A DNA stretch of 55,012 nucleotides, taken from an uncultured Syntrophaceae bacterium. GTDB lineage: Bacteria > Desulfobacterota > BSN033 > UBA1163. The DNA lies in the NCBI GenBank assembly GCA_964517975.1, contig CAZFDM010000190.1, positions 1 through 55,012 of the forward strand. Direction: 5' to 3'. Under the pieces are notes generated by a model, which ran no database searches, was not told the DNA's origin, and worked only from the letters and a program-made list of their open reading frames with translations. The translations under genes and the position numbers were made by a program. Shown here one piece after another: positions 54,855 to 55,012 of this stretch; position 1 is the first letter of the stretch, and each line of letters begins with the position of its first letter.

Positions 54855-55012
54855 ATGAGGACAGGCGTTGCACATCTTCCACTTCATTATGGAAAGGCCC
54901 CATCGTGGCTCTTTCAGAGGATGAAGAGTCTTTCGAGGGAGATCGTAATTTTCATTATGGATGAATTTGGCAGAGAGGAATTGCTCCGACGACTCTCCGA
55001 TCCTTTCTGGTT
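54855..55012 (+). CDS. DUF763-like protein, 3' end cut by window edge
   Basis: [52 protein letters not shown] matches my memory of the conserved DUF763 N-terminus (ADLPLHGGKAP-WLF...LSDP-WFQ). Confidence 0.65.
   Translation, partial: MRTGVAHLPLHYGKAPSWLFQRMKSLSREIVIFIMDEFGREELLRRLSDPFW

Overview
This is a densely coding bacterial chromosomal window with about 60 CDS. I found no rRNA, tRNA or CRISPR array. Taxonomy cannot be fixed from the sequence. Gene content suggests a Gram-negative-type anaerobe: tungsten-type aldehyde:ferredoxin oxidoreductases (AORs), a rubrerythrin-like protein, TrmFO and a GT9 heptosyltransferase.

(1) Positions 2-25794 hold an all-plus-strand catabolic supercluster.
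- A three-subunit molybdenum hydroxylase in FAD-FeS-Mo order, an ABM-domain protein and a Liv-type ABC importer.
- An M24 hydrolase, Fe-ADH, AOR number 1, an SDR, a rubrerythrin-like protein and a cyclase/formamidase-like protein.
- A GntR regulator with a palindromic operator in its promoter.
- A cupin, AOR number 2, a MoaD-like protein, a polyferredoxin, an amidohydrolase_2, an isochorismatase-like hydrolase and an alpha/beta hydrolase.
- A TRAP transporter in M-Q-P order.

(2) Positions 26.1-29.9 kb carry nicotinate phosphoribosyltransferase, an orphan AmmeMemoRadiSam-type radical SAM enzyme, a MinD/ParA-like ATPase and a J-like/RodZ-like protein.

(3) Positions 29.9-46.8 kb carry mostly housekeeping and envelope genes, with a few uncharacterised proteins:
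- TlpA-like protein, trxA, a polyprenyl synthase and a tRNA methyltransferase on the minus strand.
- LysM protein, dprA-topA-trmFO and a hairpin-repeat element.
- A STAS-like/wHTH protein plus an atypical GalT-family protein.
- M23 peptidase, a CheY-like regulator, a TPR protein, GT9, an EF-Tu-domain-2-like miniprotein and a second radical SAM enzyme.

(4) Positions 46.9-55.0 kb form an accessory, defence-like island.
- MNT-HEPN-RadC-(nuclease-domain-fused N6-methylase)-HsdS are packed as one apparent operon with no HsdR.
- A stop-codon-disrupted TcmP-like remnant follows.
- An IS200-type element has its tnpA broken in a 9-G run.
- The island ends with a Cys-rich protein plus a long coiled-coil protein and the start of a DUF763 gene.

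The most interesting candidates are the catabolic supercluster, which looks like an anaerobic N-heteroaromatic acid pathway, and the RadC/TA-coupled restriction-modification (RM) operon with its uncharacterised neighbours.
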